Shown piece by piece: positions 27,119 through 37,567 of a DNA stretch of 64,000 bases. The notes under the pieces are model-generated. The model saw nothing but the letters and a program-made list of their open reading frames with translations, did no database searches and was not told the DNA's origin. The stretch's first letter is position 1; the number at the start of each line of letters is the position of its first letter. Source of the stretch: Terriglobia bacterium (GTDB taxonomy: Bacteria; Acidobacteriota; Terriglobia; 20CM-2-55-15); NCBI GenBank assembly GCA_965198225.1, contig CBDAOY010000006.1, forward strand, positions 448,001-512,000, written 5' to 3'. Both the position numbers and the translations under genes were made by a program.

Positions 27119-28357
27119 GTGTTGATCACCAAGCGCGGTGTTGCATTCCTAGCCGTAACCGGTACGCTTTACGGCCTGGCCTGGCTCACCCACATCGGCT
27201 GGTTCTACGTCGCCGTGTCTCCGGTACTGGCTGCCTTACTGGTGAACCTTCTGCTCCCCCCCCTCACGATTCGCGGCCTGGTCGCCGAGCGTCAGCTCAA
27301 GGGCGACAGGGATGGAAGGCATCAGCAGATATTCGAAGACGACACCGTGACTGTCGAGATTCGTTTATCGAACCGGTCTCTACTGCCAAAGATTGTCCTC
27401 ACGCTACACGACGATTGCCCCCTCGCCGCGCCCGGTGAGGAGCCGCGGGGATTCCTCATCGGCGCTCTGCGGCCCGGAGGCCGCACCGTGGCGAGCTACG
27501 AGGTCCAGTCTTATCGTCGGGGGCTTTATTCCTTCGCACCGCTCCGCGTAGAGACCGCGGCTCCTTTCGGCCTGTTTCGCTCAACGCGTAGTATCGCCGC
27601 ACCGCTGGAGGCGACGGTCTATCCCAAGGTGCTGCCCGTGGAGGCCTCCCCCTACCAGGGTGCTCTCCAGGGAGAATCAGCCGACCTACAAGTGCCGGGC
27701 CCCACTGGTGAGTTTCGAGGTTCCCGGGAGTTCCAGCATTCCGACTCTCTCCGGAATATCCACTGGAGGAACTCGGCAAGACGGGGAAGCCTTATGGTCC
27801 GGGAGTTCGACAAGACGCCTGAGGGGGAGTTGAGGATCGCCTTCAACCCTGGAGTCGATCTTGGCAAGGGTAGGGATACGACCCTGGAATATGCGATAAA
27901 GATTGCGGCCAGCATGGCCCGGCGGTCCTTCAGGGAAGGACGGCCGTTTCGTATCTGGCCGGGCTGGAGCCGGGCAAACCGGATCACGTGGCATGGCGTC
28001 CTCGAGCACCTGGCGCGGCTCCAGGCCGAGCCCGAACCAGCGGTCGCTGAACTCATTGCCTCCAAAGGCCTGCCCGGGAGCTCGGTGATCGTCGTTTCAG
28101 CCGCCGATGAAGACAGCATCAGGCAGCTTCGCCAGCTTGGATCCTCCGACTACGTCACGGTGGTGATGATGGAGGGATTTGACTCGTCGAGAGAGCACGC
28201 CGGGACGCGTGAGAGGCTGGCGAGTCGGGGCCTGAGGGTAGTGTCGTGCCGGGCCAACGGTCTTGAGAAGGCGTTGGCAGCTCTCGGCGCGGCCTTGGAA
28301 GCGCCGACTCTTCGAGCGCAACAACTGCCCGTGGCCCGGGCGTCAACAATGCGGTAG
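27119..28357 (+). CDS. DUF58 domain membrane protein
   Basis: EFRGSREF..SD.LRNIHW..SAR...LMVREF motif; follows moxR. Confidence 0.9.
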   Translation: MLITKRGVAFLAVTGTLYGLAWLTHIGWFYVAVSPVLAALLVNLLLPPLTIRGLVAERQLKGDRDGRHQQIFEDDTVTVEIRLSNRSLLPKIVLTLHDDCPLAAPGEEPRGFLIGALRPGGRTVASYEVQSYRRGLYSFAPLRVETAAPFGLFRSTRSIAAPLEATVYPKVLPVEASPYQGALQGESADLQVPGPTGEFRGSREFQHSDSLRNIHWRNSARRGSLMVREFDKTPEGELRIAFNPGVDLGKGRDTTLEYAIKIAASMARRSFREGRPFRIWPGWSRANRITWHGVLEHLARLQAEPEPAVAELIASKGLPGSSVIVVSAADEDSIRQLRQLGSSDYVTVVMMEGFDSSREHAGTRERLASRGLRVVSCRANGLEKALAALGAALEAPTLRAQQLPVARASTMR

Positions 28358-28360
28358 CGG

Positions 28361-30580
28361 ATGAACGAACCCTTGAAGTCAACCATCCTCAAATGGATCA
28401 CCGTGCCCTCCCGGGGCGACGCCTGGGAACGCAGCGGTTGGCGGGCCCGGTTCCTCCTGCACGCGCTCGCGTTCGCGGGAACGGCGGTGTCGCTGTGGGC
28501 CGTTTCGTGGGCGTCAGGCGGGCACCCGCTCTATCTTGTCTTAATAGCTGTCGTGGGCCTGGGACACCTCGTCTCCGCCAGGCGGGGCCAGCGGACGCTT
28601 CGCCTCACGATTGCTGTATACCCGGCCCTCGTGCTGGTTGTCTGGGCGATGCGGGCCGACGTCATAACCATCATCAGCGGGGGGTCCCTGTTCTTGATGG
28701 CGAGACTGCTGGCTGTGGTCCAGACGATTCTCAGCTTCAACATCCGCGACCTGCGCAGTCTCTACGATTCCTTTCTCCTCAGCTTGACGGTGATCCTGCT
28801 GGCAAGCGAAGCAGCGCTGTCTCCCTCTTTTGCTGTTTTCATAATCGCGTTTGGAGTCGTAGCACTGACCTTTTTGGCCGTGGCGCATCCCATCTGCGAA
28901 TCGACTGAAACTCGGGGATCGGGCTCGACTCGAATCGCGGGTCTTGCAGTCTCGGTTCCGGGCATCGTTCTGCTCATTCTGGTCGCTACGGTCGGCGTCT
29001 TTATCGCCGTTCCGCAGGCCTACCGAGTGCGCAATGCGGCGCCGCTGCCGAGCAGGTCGGACCTCACCATCGGCCGTCCCGTTGCGCCCGTGCCCCTCCC
29101 GCGCGGCGATGCCGTTTCGGGCAGCGGGTTCCTCCCTTCACGCGAAGGAGAAGGCGCCGGGGCCACACCCGAGGGCACAGGATCGATCGGCGAAGAGCTC
29201 TTGGATCCCGACGACTACGCCAGATTGGGGTATACCGGAGAGGGTGAGAACGACGTTGTGATGCAGGTCCGGAGTCCGCTGGCCAGCTTCTGGCGCGGCC
29301 AGATCCTGGAGGAATACGACGGACGAGGCTGGAAGACGACCGACAGCTCGGCCCAGATCGAATTGGATCGGTCAGGCACGCTGAAGTTCAAAGACGCTCC
29401 GGCGCTGGGACAAGGCACCGGGCGCTACGTACAGACCTTCTTCCCACGTGTCACACAACCCGAAGCGTTGTTCACGGGGTACAGCCCGGGCTACATTGCC
29501 GTGCTACACACGCCTGGCGATGGCATCGAGTATCTGCATGAAGCCGACAGCTACAGAGTCGTGTCGGCCGTGCCGGGTCTGGGGCCGGAGGACCTGATTC
29601 CTGACAACATCGATGGGAGCTACCTGCGAGGATATCCGGTTCCCGACGGACCGCAGCGAGTTCAAGACCTCGCCAACGCTATCATCGCTGGGGCCACGTC
29701 GGACTTCCAGAAGGCGAGTCGTCTGGAGCAGTATCTTCCCGTCAACTATGAGTACGACCTGCGCGTGCCACCCCTCTCCCCCTCCGGCGACGTCGTGGAC
29801 CAGTTTCTTTTTGAGCGGCAGGCCGGCTACTGCGCTCAGTTCGCCACTGCAATGGCGGTTATGGCGAGACTGGTCGGATTGCCGGCTCGGGTCGCCACGG
29901 GTTATGTGCCAGGCGTCTACGATAGCCTGACCGGTGCCCATACCGTGAGACTTCAGGACGCCCACGCGTGGGTCGAAATAAAGTTCATGGAGCATGGGTG
30001 GGTGGCCTTTGACCCTACTCCACGACCGGACTCACCCTGGGCTCTGGACGCGGGCTATACGCGTACCACGAGGACTCTTCAGGATGTCATGCGGGGCGCG
30101 CTCGGCGAGGGGGTGATGGGCGTACGCCTTGCGGCAGCCGACGCCGTCGCCGCACTGACGACCTTCACCGGCCTGCCGGCGGCTGCCTTCGCGCTTGTCG
30201 TGACCCTGGCAGTGGTTGCGTTGTGCATCTCGATGGCCCGGCTGGGCCTCCTCAACCGGGCACGCGCGAAAAACCGCGCGGGCTACTCCTTACTCCGCGG
30301 TGTCACGCGCGGCGAGGTGATGCGGGCTTACCATACAGCTCTGCATCTCATGGGGCGAAACGGGTATCCCCTCAGGCGGGAACACGAGAGCCCGGCCGAT
30401 TACCTCGCCATGCTCGGGTCGCAGGCTCTCCCTGTGCCACGAGCCTTCCGCCGCATCAGCAGCCTGGCCGCGCACGCCCTGTACGATCCGGCCCCACTCG
30501 ACTCCGGCCTAGCCCGTGAAGGTTGGGCCCACCTCAAGACCCTGCGGACGGTCCCCTTGGGCGCAAGGCAATCCGGGTAA
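28361..30580 (+). CDS. Transglutaminase-like membrane protein (DUF3488-TGc-DUF4129)
   Basis: GYCAQFATAM, HAWVE, FDPTP catalytic triad motifs; N-terminal TM helices. Confidence 0.92.
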   Translation: MNEPLKSTILKWITVPSRGDAWERSGWRARFLLHALAFAGTAVSLWAVSWASGGHPLYLVLIAVVGLGHLVSARRGQRTLRLTIAVYPALVLVVWAMRADVITIISGGSLFLMARLLAVVQTILSFNIRDLRSLYDSFLLSLTVILLASEAALSPSFAVFIIAFGVVALTFLAVAHPICESTETRGSGSTRIAGLAVSVPGIVLLILVATVGVFIAVPQAYRVRNAAPLPSRSDLTIGRPVAPVPLPRGDAVSGSGFLPSREGEGAGATPEGTGSIGEELLDPDDYARLGYTGEGENDVVMQVRSPLASFWRGQILEEYDGRGWKTTDSSAQIELDRSGTLKFKDAPALGQGTGRYVQTFFPRVTQPEALFTGYSPGYIAVLHTPGDGIEYLHEADSYRVVSAVPGLGPEDLIPDNIDGSYLRGYPVPDGPQRVQDLANAIIAGATSDFQKASRLEQYLPVNYEYDLRVPPLSPSGDVVDQFLFERQAGYCAQFATAMAVMARLVGLPARVATGYVPGVYDSLTGAHTVRLQDAHAWVEIKFMEHGWVAFDPTPRPDSPWALDAGYTRTTRTLQDVMRGALGEGVMGVRLAAADAVAALTTFTGLPAAAFALVVTLAVVALCISMARLGLLNRARAKNRAGYSLLRGVTRGEVMRAYHTALHLMGRNGYPLRREHESPADYLAMLGSQALPVPRAFRRISSLAAHALYDPAPLDSGLAREGWAHLKTLRTVPLGARQSG

Positions 30581-30716
30581 AGGTTTCGGGAATTCAAATC
30601 CTCCCCCGCAATCCGCTGGAGATTGCGGGCCGGCAACCTTTTTCCGATATCATGCTTGAGCACGGAACGTTTCTACTTGGTGCAACTTGAGGGGTGTCGA
30701 GGTTCGTCAGATCAGG

Positions 30717-33170
30717 ATGTCGTCTATCTATCAGGATTTGAGATACGCAATCCGGATGCTGCACGAACATCCGGGATTCAGCGCTACGGTCGTCCTGACG
30801 CTCGCTCTGGGCATCGGTGCCAACATCGCGATGTTCGGGGTCGTCAACGGCCTTCTCTTCTCGGCCCTGCCCTATCGCGATGCAGACCGTCTGGTGATGG
30901 TCTGGAATCGGCACACCAGCACGGGTGCGGAAAACGTCCAGATCTCGGGCCTCGACTTCCTGGATTACAAGGAGTTCACGTCTTCATTCGAAACATTCGT
31001 TGCGGTTCACGCCGCATCGGACAGATCGCTCTCCGATCAGGGGCCGGCTGAACAGATCGACGTCGGTGGCGTCTCCCCCGATTTCTTCCAATTCATCGGT
31101 CGGGAACCTTTTCTCGGACGGAGTTTCACCAGCGAAGACGAAGTGACCAGCAGCGGCACTGGTTCGGTGATCATAAGCCACGGCTTGTGGACGCGGCGCT
31201 TCGGCGCGGACCCGGCGTTGTTAGGTCGGACCATCCACATCAGCGGTCTCCCCGCAGTTGTTATCGGTGTGCTGCCGGCGGATTTCGACCTGGTCATGCC
31301 GGACCACGGGGTGGGTCCCCAGGGAGATGGCATGCCCCAGGTCATCGACGCTTGGCAACTCCTGTCCGAGGGCGTTTTCAGGTACAGCCGGACCATGGGG
31401 CTGTTCCGGGTGATCGGCCGGTTGCGTGAAGGTGTGACGATCCCAGAAGGACAAGAGGAAATGGATGGCCTGGCCGCCCGGCTGCGGGAAGAGTACCCGG
31501 TGCACGCGGACCGGGGTATGGAAATAGACCTGATTCCCATGCAAACCGACGTGGTTCGGGAGGTTCGACCCATCGTTCTCTCCCTCTTCGGTGCGGTGGG
31601 GTTCGTGCTGTTGATCGCGTGCGCCAACGTCGCCAACCTGATTCTCGTCAGGGCCGCGCACAGGCAGCGCGAAGTGGCGGTGCGGGCAGCGATGGGCGCG
31701 TCTCGCCTGCGACTCGTGCAGCAGCTAGTCACAGAGAACGCACTGCTCGCCTCGATCGGAACAGTCCTCGGGCTCCTCCTGGCGCGGGCGGGAACCGAAG
31801 CTATCAAACTGCTGGCGCCGGCAAACGTGCCCTTCCTGCATCAGATCGCCGTGGACGGTCCCGTGCTGGGGTTCGCCGTCGCTCTGGGAGGGTTCACCAT
31901 ACTGCTCTTCGGCATCGTACCAGCGCTGCGGGCTGCACATCCCGACCTCCGTGGCCAGCTCGCCGACGGCCCCGGGCCCATCGCGGGACGCACCCACCAC
32001 CTCCGTGACGCGCTGGTCGTTACCGAAGTGGCCCTCTCGCTCGTCCTTCTCGTCGGCGGTGGGCTCATGATTCGCAGCTTCATGGAGTTACAGGCTGCCC
32101 AGCTTGGTTTCAGACCGACCTCGGCAATGACCGTGAAGATTGCGTTGCCGCGCGGGCTCTATGACGCGGTCGAGCAACGCGCGAACTACTGGAGAAACCT
32201 CCGCAGCGAAGTGATGTTGTTGCCGGGGGTCGAAAGCGTTGCGTCCGCGTGGCCGCTTCCGTTCGCCGAAAGCGGGTCGGAAATACCCTATTCATCGACA
32301 GGTGCGACTTCGAGCGATGTCGGTCGTTTCATGACGACGACAACCCTGGTCTCGCCAGGTTACTTCGAGACGATGGGGGCCCGACTCCTGGACGGACGAC
32401 CCTTTTTGGAGGAGGATCTGACCCGGAACACGGCCATCGTAGTGGTCGACGACATCGTCGCAGAACGCCTCTATCCGGATCAGTCAGCAGTCGGTCAAAC
32501 GTTGTGGCTGGCACCCGAGGGCAGAGCCGAAAAGCTACCCCTGGAGATCATCGGGGTCGTCTCCCACATCCGGCACCAACGGATTGTGGGCGAGGAACGC
32601 GAGACGATCTACCGACTCACCGACGGCGCTTTCAGGATGGCTGCCGTTGTTCGGACCAGTGGCGACCCGCGCGCGGCGCTTGGAGGGATTCGCCAGGTCG
32701 CGGCCAGGCTCGATCCCGACGTGCCGATATTCGACGCGCGCACGTTTAGAGAGTACATCGACAAGGAAATCGCGCCGACTCGATTTACGATGACCCTGGC
32801 CGGCTTCTTCGCCATGGCCGCCCTGGTGCTGGCCGCAGTGGGACTCTACGGGGTCACCTCCTACTCGGTGGCACAACGCGAGTCGGAGCTCGGGGTGCGT
32901 GTCGCGCTCGGCGCACACCGCGGCAGGATCATGCGCTTGGTGCTCGGGCATGGTCTGGCCATGACCCTCATCGGGATCGCGATCGGCCTGGTCCTGTCCC
33001 TGGGTCTTTCCCTCGTGATTCAAAGCCTGCTCCTGGGTGTGTCGCCGACCGACCCTCTCACCCTGGTTGGCGTCTCCCTCCTCCTCGCGGCAGTCGCCAT
33101 GATCGCAAGCTACCTTCCGGCGCGTCGGGCCGCACGAGTGGATCCGCTCGTGGCGTTGCGGGGGGAGTAG
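30717..33170 (+). CDS. ADOP-family duplicated MacB/FtsX-like permease
   Basis: QDLRYAIRML, LALGIGAN, LLIACANVANL, E.AVR.A.GA twice, PARRAARVDP..ALR.E. Confidence 0.93.
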   Translation: MSSIYQDLRYAIRMLHEHPGFSATVVLTLALGIGANIAMFGVVNGLLFSALPYRDADRLVMVWNRHTSTGAENVQISGLDFLDYKEFTSSFETFVAVHAASDRSLSDQGPAEQIDVGGVSPDFFQFIGREPFLGRSFTSEDEVTSSGTGSVIISHGLWTRRFGADPALLGRTIHISGLPAVVIGVLPADFDLVMPDHGVGPQGDGMPQVIDAWQLLSEGVFRYSRTMGLFRVIGRLREGVTIPEGQEEMDGLAARLREEYPVHADRGMEIDLIPMQTDVVREVRPIVLSLFGAVGFVLLIACANVANLILVRAAHRQREVAVRAAMGASRLRLVQQLVTENALLASIGTVLGLLLARAGTEAIKLLAPANVPFLHQIAVDGPVLGFAVALGGFTILLFGIVPALRAAHPDLRGQLADGPGPIAGRTHHLRDALVVTEVALSLVLLVGGGLMIRSFMELQAAQLGFRPTSAMTVKIALPRGLYDAVEQRANYWRNLRSEVMLLPGVESVASAWPLPFAESGSEIPYSSTGATSSDVGRFMTTTTLVSPGYFETMGARLLDGRPFLEEDLTRNTAIVVVDDIVAERLYPDQSAVGQTLWLAPEGRAEKLPLEIIGVVSHIRHQRIVGEERETIYRLTDGAFRMAAVVRTSGDPRAALGGIRQVAARLDPDVPIFDARTFREYIDKEIAPTRFTMTLAGFFAMAALVLAAVGLYGVTSYSVAQRESELGVRVALGAHRGRIMRLVLGHGLAMTLIGIAIGLVLSLGLSLVIQSLLLGVSPTDPLTLVGVSLLLAAVAMIASYLPARRAARVDPLVALRGE

Positions 33171-33289
33171 GTCCACCCCTTTCGCGGATTTCACCCTTAC
33201 CCCTCGGAGATCTAGAAGCGTACCGGTCCGAAGCTCTGTCGTGGGGCGCTTATCACACACGAGAACTTGCTTCGACTCAATCGCTTGGA

Positions 33290-33355
33290 TGTAGGTGCGC
33301 TCCATGAGAGCACTGCTTCGGTGCGAAGGGAGTGCGGTCATAGACCGCACCTACA
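33290..33355 (+). repeat. REP doublet (REPIN-like)
   Basis: GTAGGTGCGCTCCATGAGAGCAC ... GTGCGGTCATAGACCGCACCTAC, between convergent genes. Confidence 0.85.
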
Positions 33356-33494
33356 AATTCCTGACGCCTCTCGCCTGCGGCCGGAGTAACAAGGGTCGGT
33401 GAGAAAGGCGGGCTAACTAACGGCGTCAATGTCGGAGTTCGAGTGAAGAGTCGTTGCGGCACGAAGCTGAGAGGGTGGCGTGTCGGCGAACTCC

Positions 33495-36131
33495 CTAGAA
33501 ATTGAATCGGACGGAAAGTCGGATGTGTCGGGCGCGACGCGCGCGCGTGGCTTGACCGAAGAGGGGGGAGGTCTGCACCCCGCTGAACCTCTGGAAGTTG
33601 ACCTGGTTCAGGAGGTTCTGGACATTGGCGCTCATCGTCATACGGATGCCTCGACGGCCGCCGTAGTAGCCGCCGCTGGCCGCCGGTCCGCTGCTCGCGG
33701 TCCGTGACTCTCGAAGCTGCACGGACTTGGACAGGTTCATGGAGACTTCAAAGAACCCCGGGCCTGTCAGTGAATTCCGGGGCACGCCGGGAGGGCGGTC
33801 GTTGGTGTTGGTGTCCTGGTTGTCGTCCCTGCCGGTTCGGAGGCTGTAGGGCCTTCCCGTGTTCCAATTGAAGCGGGTATTCGCGTTCACGCTCCAGGGC
33901 ATCCTGAAGTTGACTGAGGTGTTGAAGCGGCGTTTCGCACTCACGGGCGCCCACTCTGCCCCCAGATCATGGTTGTCCGCAGGAAGTCCGAACGGCCCGG
34001 TGGCGTCGGTGTAGTTGGACTCGAGAGTGTAGTTGCCGTTGATGTTGACGAAACTGAACCGCTGCCGGAAGCCCAACCTCAGGTTCTGGTTACGGGAAGT
34101 GCCTGTAGATTCCAGCTGAACGATTCTGCCTCGGGAGGGATCCGGCGGAAGGCAGGTCGCCTCGTTCTGATCCAGTTGGCAGGACCTGGCGATCGTCGAG
34201 GTGACGTCCAGGGGAGAGTTGAGGTTTCGGCCGCGGAAGAGATGGACACCGCGAACGAACCTGTAGGCGCCGGTCAGCACCAGACCCTCGGAGAAGCTGG
34301 TCTCGATCGACACCTCGAAATTCCAGGTATAGGGGGCCGCGAGGTCGTCGGCACGAACCCGGATCGACGAGGGCACGTCTATCGTGGTCTCGCCGTCCTC
34401 ACCGAGGAACGGATCCGGGTACGACGGATTCCGGATCGTCAGAGATCTCTGACGCGTCCCGTCAAACTGGATCAACTGTCCGACCGTTCCACGCCTCAGA
34501 CGCTGATGAAAGATACCGCTCCCGCCACGGATGACCGTGGACGAACCGATCGAGTATGCGAAGCCGAGCCTCGGATCGACGTTATTGAGGTCACCCAGGT
34601 TCGTCTGGGATTCGTAACGCAAGCCAAGGCCGACGGCGAGGCGGGGCGTGATCCTGAAATCGCTCTGAACGAAAGCAGCCGCTTCGAACTGGCTGACCCT
34701 CAGGTTTGGATCACCCTGATTGACGCTGTATTGAATGGGCCTTCCGGCAAGAAAGTCGTCGAGGCTCGAAAAGATGAAGCTCCCGTTGAAATTGCGCCTC
34801 GAAACTGAGTCTTCGCGGCTGTAACCCCCGTCGAACCCCAGTTTAACCGAGAGATTCCGGCCCGTGTACATCAGCAGGTCGCCGAACCCATAGTCGAGGT
34901 TCCGGTTCTCGCCGCTGTTGGGAGAACCTCCGCCCCTGAAGGCGTCGAGGACATTGATCAGAGGTCCGGAGTTCGCCGGGAACGATTCGTTGGAGTTCTT
35001 GCCGAAAAAGAAACGGACCTCGTTGTTGAGGGTACGCGACAGGATCGCCGTTTCCTTGATCTGGAAGCTGAAGTGTCTTCGGTCCCAGCTCGATGCCTGT
35101 TCGGGCAGCCCGAACCCCCCGACGCCGAGGTTCGCCATGTCAAAGGTCTCGAAACTGAAGCTCGTGTTGACCACGTGGCTATCGTTGAGCTGGGCGGTCG
35201 CCCGCGTCGTGAGACCGCGGTTCTTGCGGGGTTGCGTAATGGCATCGTTGATCAGGCCGTCCGGTGTGATCGCCCGGAGCGTTTCTCCTCTTTCATCCGT
35301 CTCGTGTTCGAAGCTGAGCGTCAGTGTCAGCCGTTCCCGGATGACGGGCCCACTGAGGTTGACCTCGAGGTTTCGCTCCTGGTACGGAGGACGGGATAAC
35401 GCGAACGCATTCCGAGCGTCGAGCTTCTCGTCGGCAAAGTCAAACTCGACATCGCCGTTGAAGCGTCCCGTCCCTCCACGGGTCACGATCTGAGTCTGCC
35501 CCCGACCCTGCCGGCTCTGCTCCGCGGTGAAGGAGTTTTCGTTGATCCGGATTTCCTGGATCTCGTCCCGATTCGGCATCCGACCGCCGCCGAACCCGTC
35601 GATGACCAACCCCCCTCCGCGCCCCGCCGGACTCCGAAGATCCCCCAGATACTCGCGCAGCTCGTCCTCGTCTTCGGGCAAGTCGCTGTTCCGCTCGCCC
35701 GCGATGTCTCTGGTCAGGGCGTAGCGCTGAGCGGGGTTGAGGAACTTCACCGCAGCAAGCAGCAACTGCTCCTCAAGGTCGCGGATGTTGTCGGAGAGCG
35801 ACGAACCGGCCACCTCGACGTCGGCTTCGATCACACGCCGTCGTTCCCGGTCATGAGCTTCCCAGACGGACTGGACCTGTGTTTCCTGGTCGAACGTCAG
35901 CGGTGCGACGCTGGCTTCCTCGAGGAGATCCTTCAAACCGGCCACGCCGTCGTTGAGCAACAGACGTCCTGCCTCGGCCCGGAACTGCGCGATCTCTTCC
36001 TCGGAAAGCTCAGTTTGCGCGGAAATCGGGGATGGAGCGGCCGGGCGGTCAGGACCCCTTTCCTGCCCGGCAAAGACCAGCAGAGGAAGGGCCAGTGAGA
36101 AGGCAACTACGCAAACGCTGCGGTGCACCAA
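33495..36131 (-). CDS. TonB-dependent/Oar-like outer-membrane beta-barrel with an N-terminal helical LTxxQ-like domain
   Basis: IQEIRINENSFTAE, LDARNAF, GLRYESQ, DPRLGFAY, terminal SVRFNF; TTG/GTG start at 36131/36128 after AAGGAG, then a signal-like peptide. Confidence 0.8.
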   Translation of the reverse strand: MVHRSVCVVAFSLALPLLVFAGQERGPDRPAAPSPISAQTELSEEEIAQFRAEAGRLLLNDGVAGLKDLLEEASVAPLTFDQETQVQSVWEAHDRERRRVIEADVEVAGSSLSDNIRDLEEQLLLAAVKFLNPAQRYALTRDIAGERNSDLPEDEDELREYLGDLRSPAGRGGGLVIDGFGGGRMPNRDEIQEIRINENSFTAEQSRQGRGQTQIVTRGGTGRFNGDVEFDFADEKLDARNAFALSRPPYQERNLEVNLSGPVIRERLTLTLSFEHETDERGETLRAITPDGLINDAITQPRKNRGLTTRATAQLNDSHVVNTSFSFETFDMANLGVGGFGLPEQASSWDRRHFSFQIKETAILSRTLNNEVRFFFGKNSNESFPANSGPLINVLDAFRGGGSPNSGENRNLDYGFGDLLMYTGRNLSVKLGFDGGYSREDSVSRRNFNGSFIFSSLDDFLAGRPIQYSVNQGDPNLRVSQFEAAAFVQSDFRITPRLAVGLGLRYESQTNLGDLNNVDPRLGFAYSIGSSTVIRGGSGIFHQRLRRGTVGQLIQFDGTRQRSLTIRNPSYPDPFLGEDGETTIDVPSSIRVRADDLAAPYTWNFEVSIETSFSEGLVLTGAYRFVRGVHLFRGRNLNSPLDVTSTIARSCQLDQNEATCLPPDPSRGRIVQLESTGTSRNQNLRLGFRQRFSFVNINGNYTLESNYTDATGPFGLPADNHDLGAEWAPVSAKRRFNTSVNFRMPWSVNANTRFNWNTGRPYSLRTGRDDNQDTNTNDRPPGVPRNSLTGPGFFEVSMNLSKSVQLRESRTASSGPAASGGYYGGRRGIRMTMSANVQNLLNQVNFQRFSGVQTSPLFGQATRARRARHIRLSVRFNF

Positions 36132-36840
36132 CGGGTTGCTCCTTCGTGTCTCTTCGATCGGTCCGCACTCGACGTCCTGCTGGCTGACCTCACAGGGGAA
36201 CTCCAATGATAGCGAAAATGCTCAGTCAGGACGGCAATTTCGTTATCGAAAGCGCCGCTATGACGTTCGTTAGCTGCATCCCGTCTCTCTCAACTAGGAC
36301 ACCGCGGAAGCCCCGACAGTTCCCGACATCCATCGAGTGTTCCGATGTCAGACTGGGAGTTCTGCGTTTTGTCACCAAGATCGTCATCAGGATCGGTGAA
36401 CGCTCGAGTGGGGCTTCAGATCACCTGCGGGCGGCACATCCGTTGACTCCTCCGAAACTCCCGAATAACATCGACCCCAATGCTCTCCATGACCTCGGTG
36501 CACCTTCCGGATCACAACGGCGCTCATGGGCGACATATTCGGAGTATCGAACTCGGAATCCTGAGATTCGAAGAGAAGGATGCTGCGAGAGGTGAACCTG
36601 CTCGACGCCCCGGAAGCTGATCTCCGAAGTATGCGGCTGGAGGAGATCTTCCGACAGGAGTGCGACCATGTGGACCAACACCTGGGCGATGTCAAGGCAA
36701 CCTTAAAGACGCATCATCCTCCATCGGCCTGACCGTCTAAACCCTCATGGGCTCTCCAGCCCCGCCCACCCGGCGTTGGCTCAGTCATCCTCATCCTTTC
36801 GAAGCTTTCGAAGAGGCCCGACGTTGTCCAGCAATGCGGC

Positions 36841-37035
36841 CTATTCGTTCTGATCCCAGTCCCCGGTCGGGTGCGTCGGCCCCCCTCCGCGAACGTGTCG
36901 GACGAATCGATGCGCCTCCTCCAGCCAGGCGAGTTTCTCGGATAGAGGAAGTTGGGCCAGGCGAGCTAGCTGGCGCCGCTCATGGTCTTTCCAGCCCCGC
37001 TCCCAGACCCGCTCATCCGGCGTTGGCTCAGTCAT
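36841..37035 (-). CDS. Small partner protein of the nucleotidyltransferase (putative antitoxin-like)
   Basis: 64 aa, ATG overlaps the NTase stop (ATGACTGA); WERGWKDH...LPLSEKLAWLEEA. Confidence 0.6.
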   Translation of the reverse strand: MTEPTPDERVWERGWKDHERRQLARLAQLPLSEKLAWLEEAHRFVRHVRGGGPTHPTGDWDQNE

Positions 37036-37534
37036 CCACATCCTTTCGAAGCTGAATCAGACTCTGAACATCCTCCCGATCACGAGGTCGGCCGGCCCGT
37101 GTTTTCATCTCGATCAAGTCCTCCAGGCTGCAGAACACCGCCTCCACACCCGGCGCCGCCGGCTGTCTCACAGCTTTCTCATAGGCCTCTCTAAAATCGA
37201 TGGGCGGTTCCAGAAACAGGGCAACCTCGGTGGCTCGATGTGCGTCGGAGAAAAGCGAAAACACGGTCATGTCCTTCTCCTGCGCCCACTGTCGACGCGC
37301 CGAGCGGTCGACGAAGTCGTCGAACTCCACCGGCGCGCGGGGACGGTAACCGAGCCCCTTCAGTGCCGCGACCGCGCGCGTGAGGTTTGCTGTGTCCATC
37401 GACAGCATCAGATCGACGTCGGCGGTGAACCGGACGTATCCGTGCGCAACGACCGCGAGCCCGCCAACGATCAGGTATTGGACCTGGTTCTCGTTCAGCG
37501 CCGCTACAATTGCCGCCAGGCTTCCGCGCTCCAT
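37028..37534 (-). CDS. Nucleotidyltransferase (DUF6036/AbiEii-like) family protein
   Basis: YLIVGGLAV..HG..R.T.DVDL and DLIEMK...GRPRD..DV motifs. Confidence 0.85.
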   Translation of the reverse strand: MERGSLAAIVAALNENQVQYLIVGGLAVVAHGYVRFTADVDLMLSMDTANLTRAVAALKGLGYRPRAPVEFDDFVDRSARRQWAQEKDMTVFSLFSDAHRATEVALFLEPPIDFREAYEKAVRQPAAPGVEAVFCSLEDLIEMKTRAGRPRDREDVQSLIQLRKDVDD

Positions 37535-37567
37535 GCCGGTGCGATTATAGCGTGAGCGGCACGCGGC

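Noticed and set aside
26165-30580. MoxR-DUF58-transglutaminase operon as a novel system
   Set aside because: A widespread, already described gene triad.
33405-33470. Possible attC near GGCTAACTAAC...GTTGCGG
   Set aside because: No complementary L boxes or convincing stem; far from intI and not cassette-like.
36489-36732. Possible DinB-like C-terminal remnant (MRLEEIFRQECDHVDQHLGDV)
   Set aside because: Short and frameshifted with only an H...H pattern; too weak to annotate as a feature.
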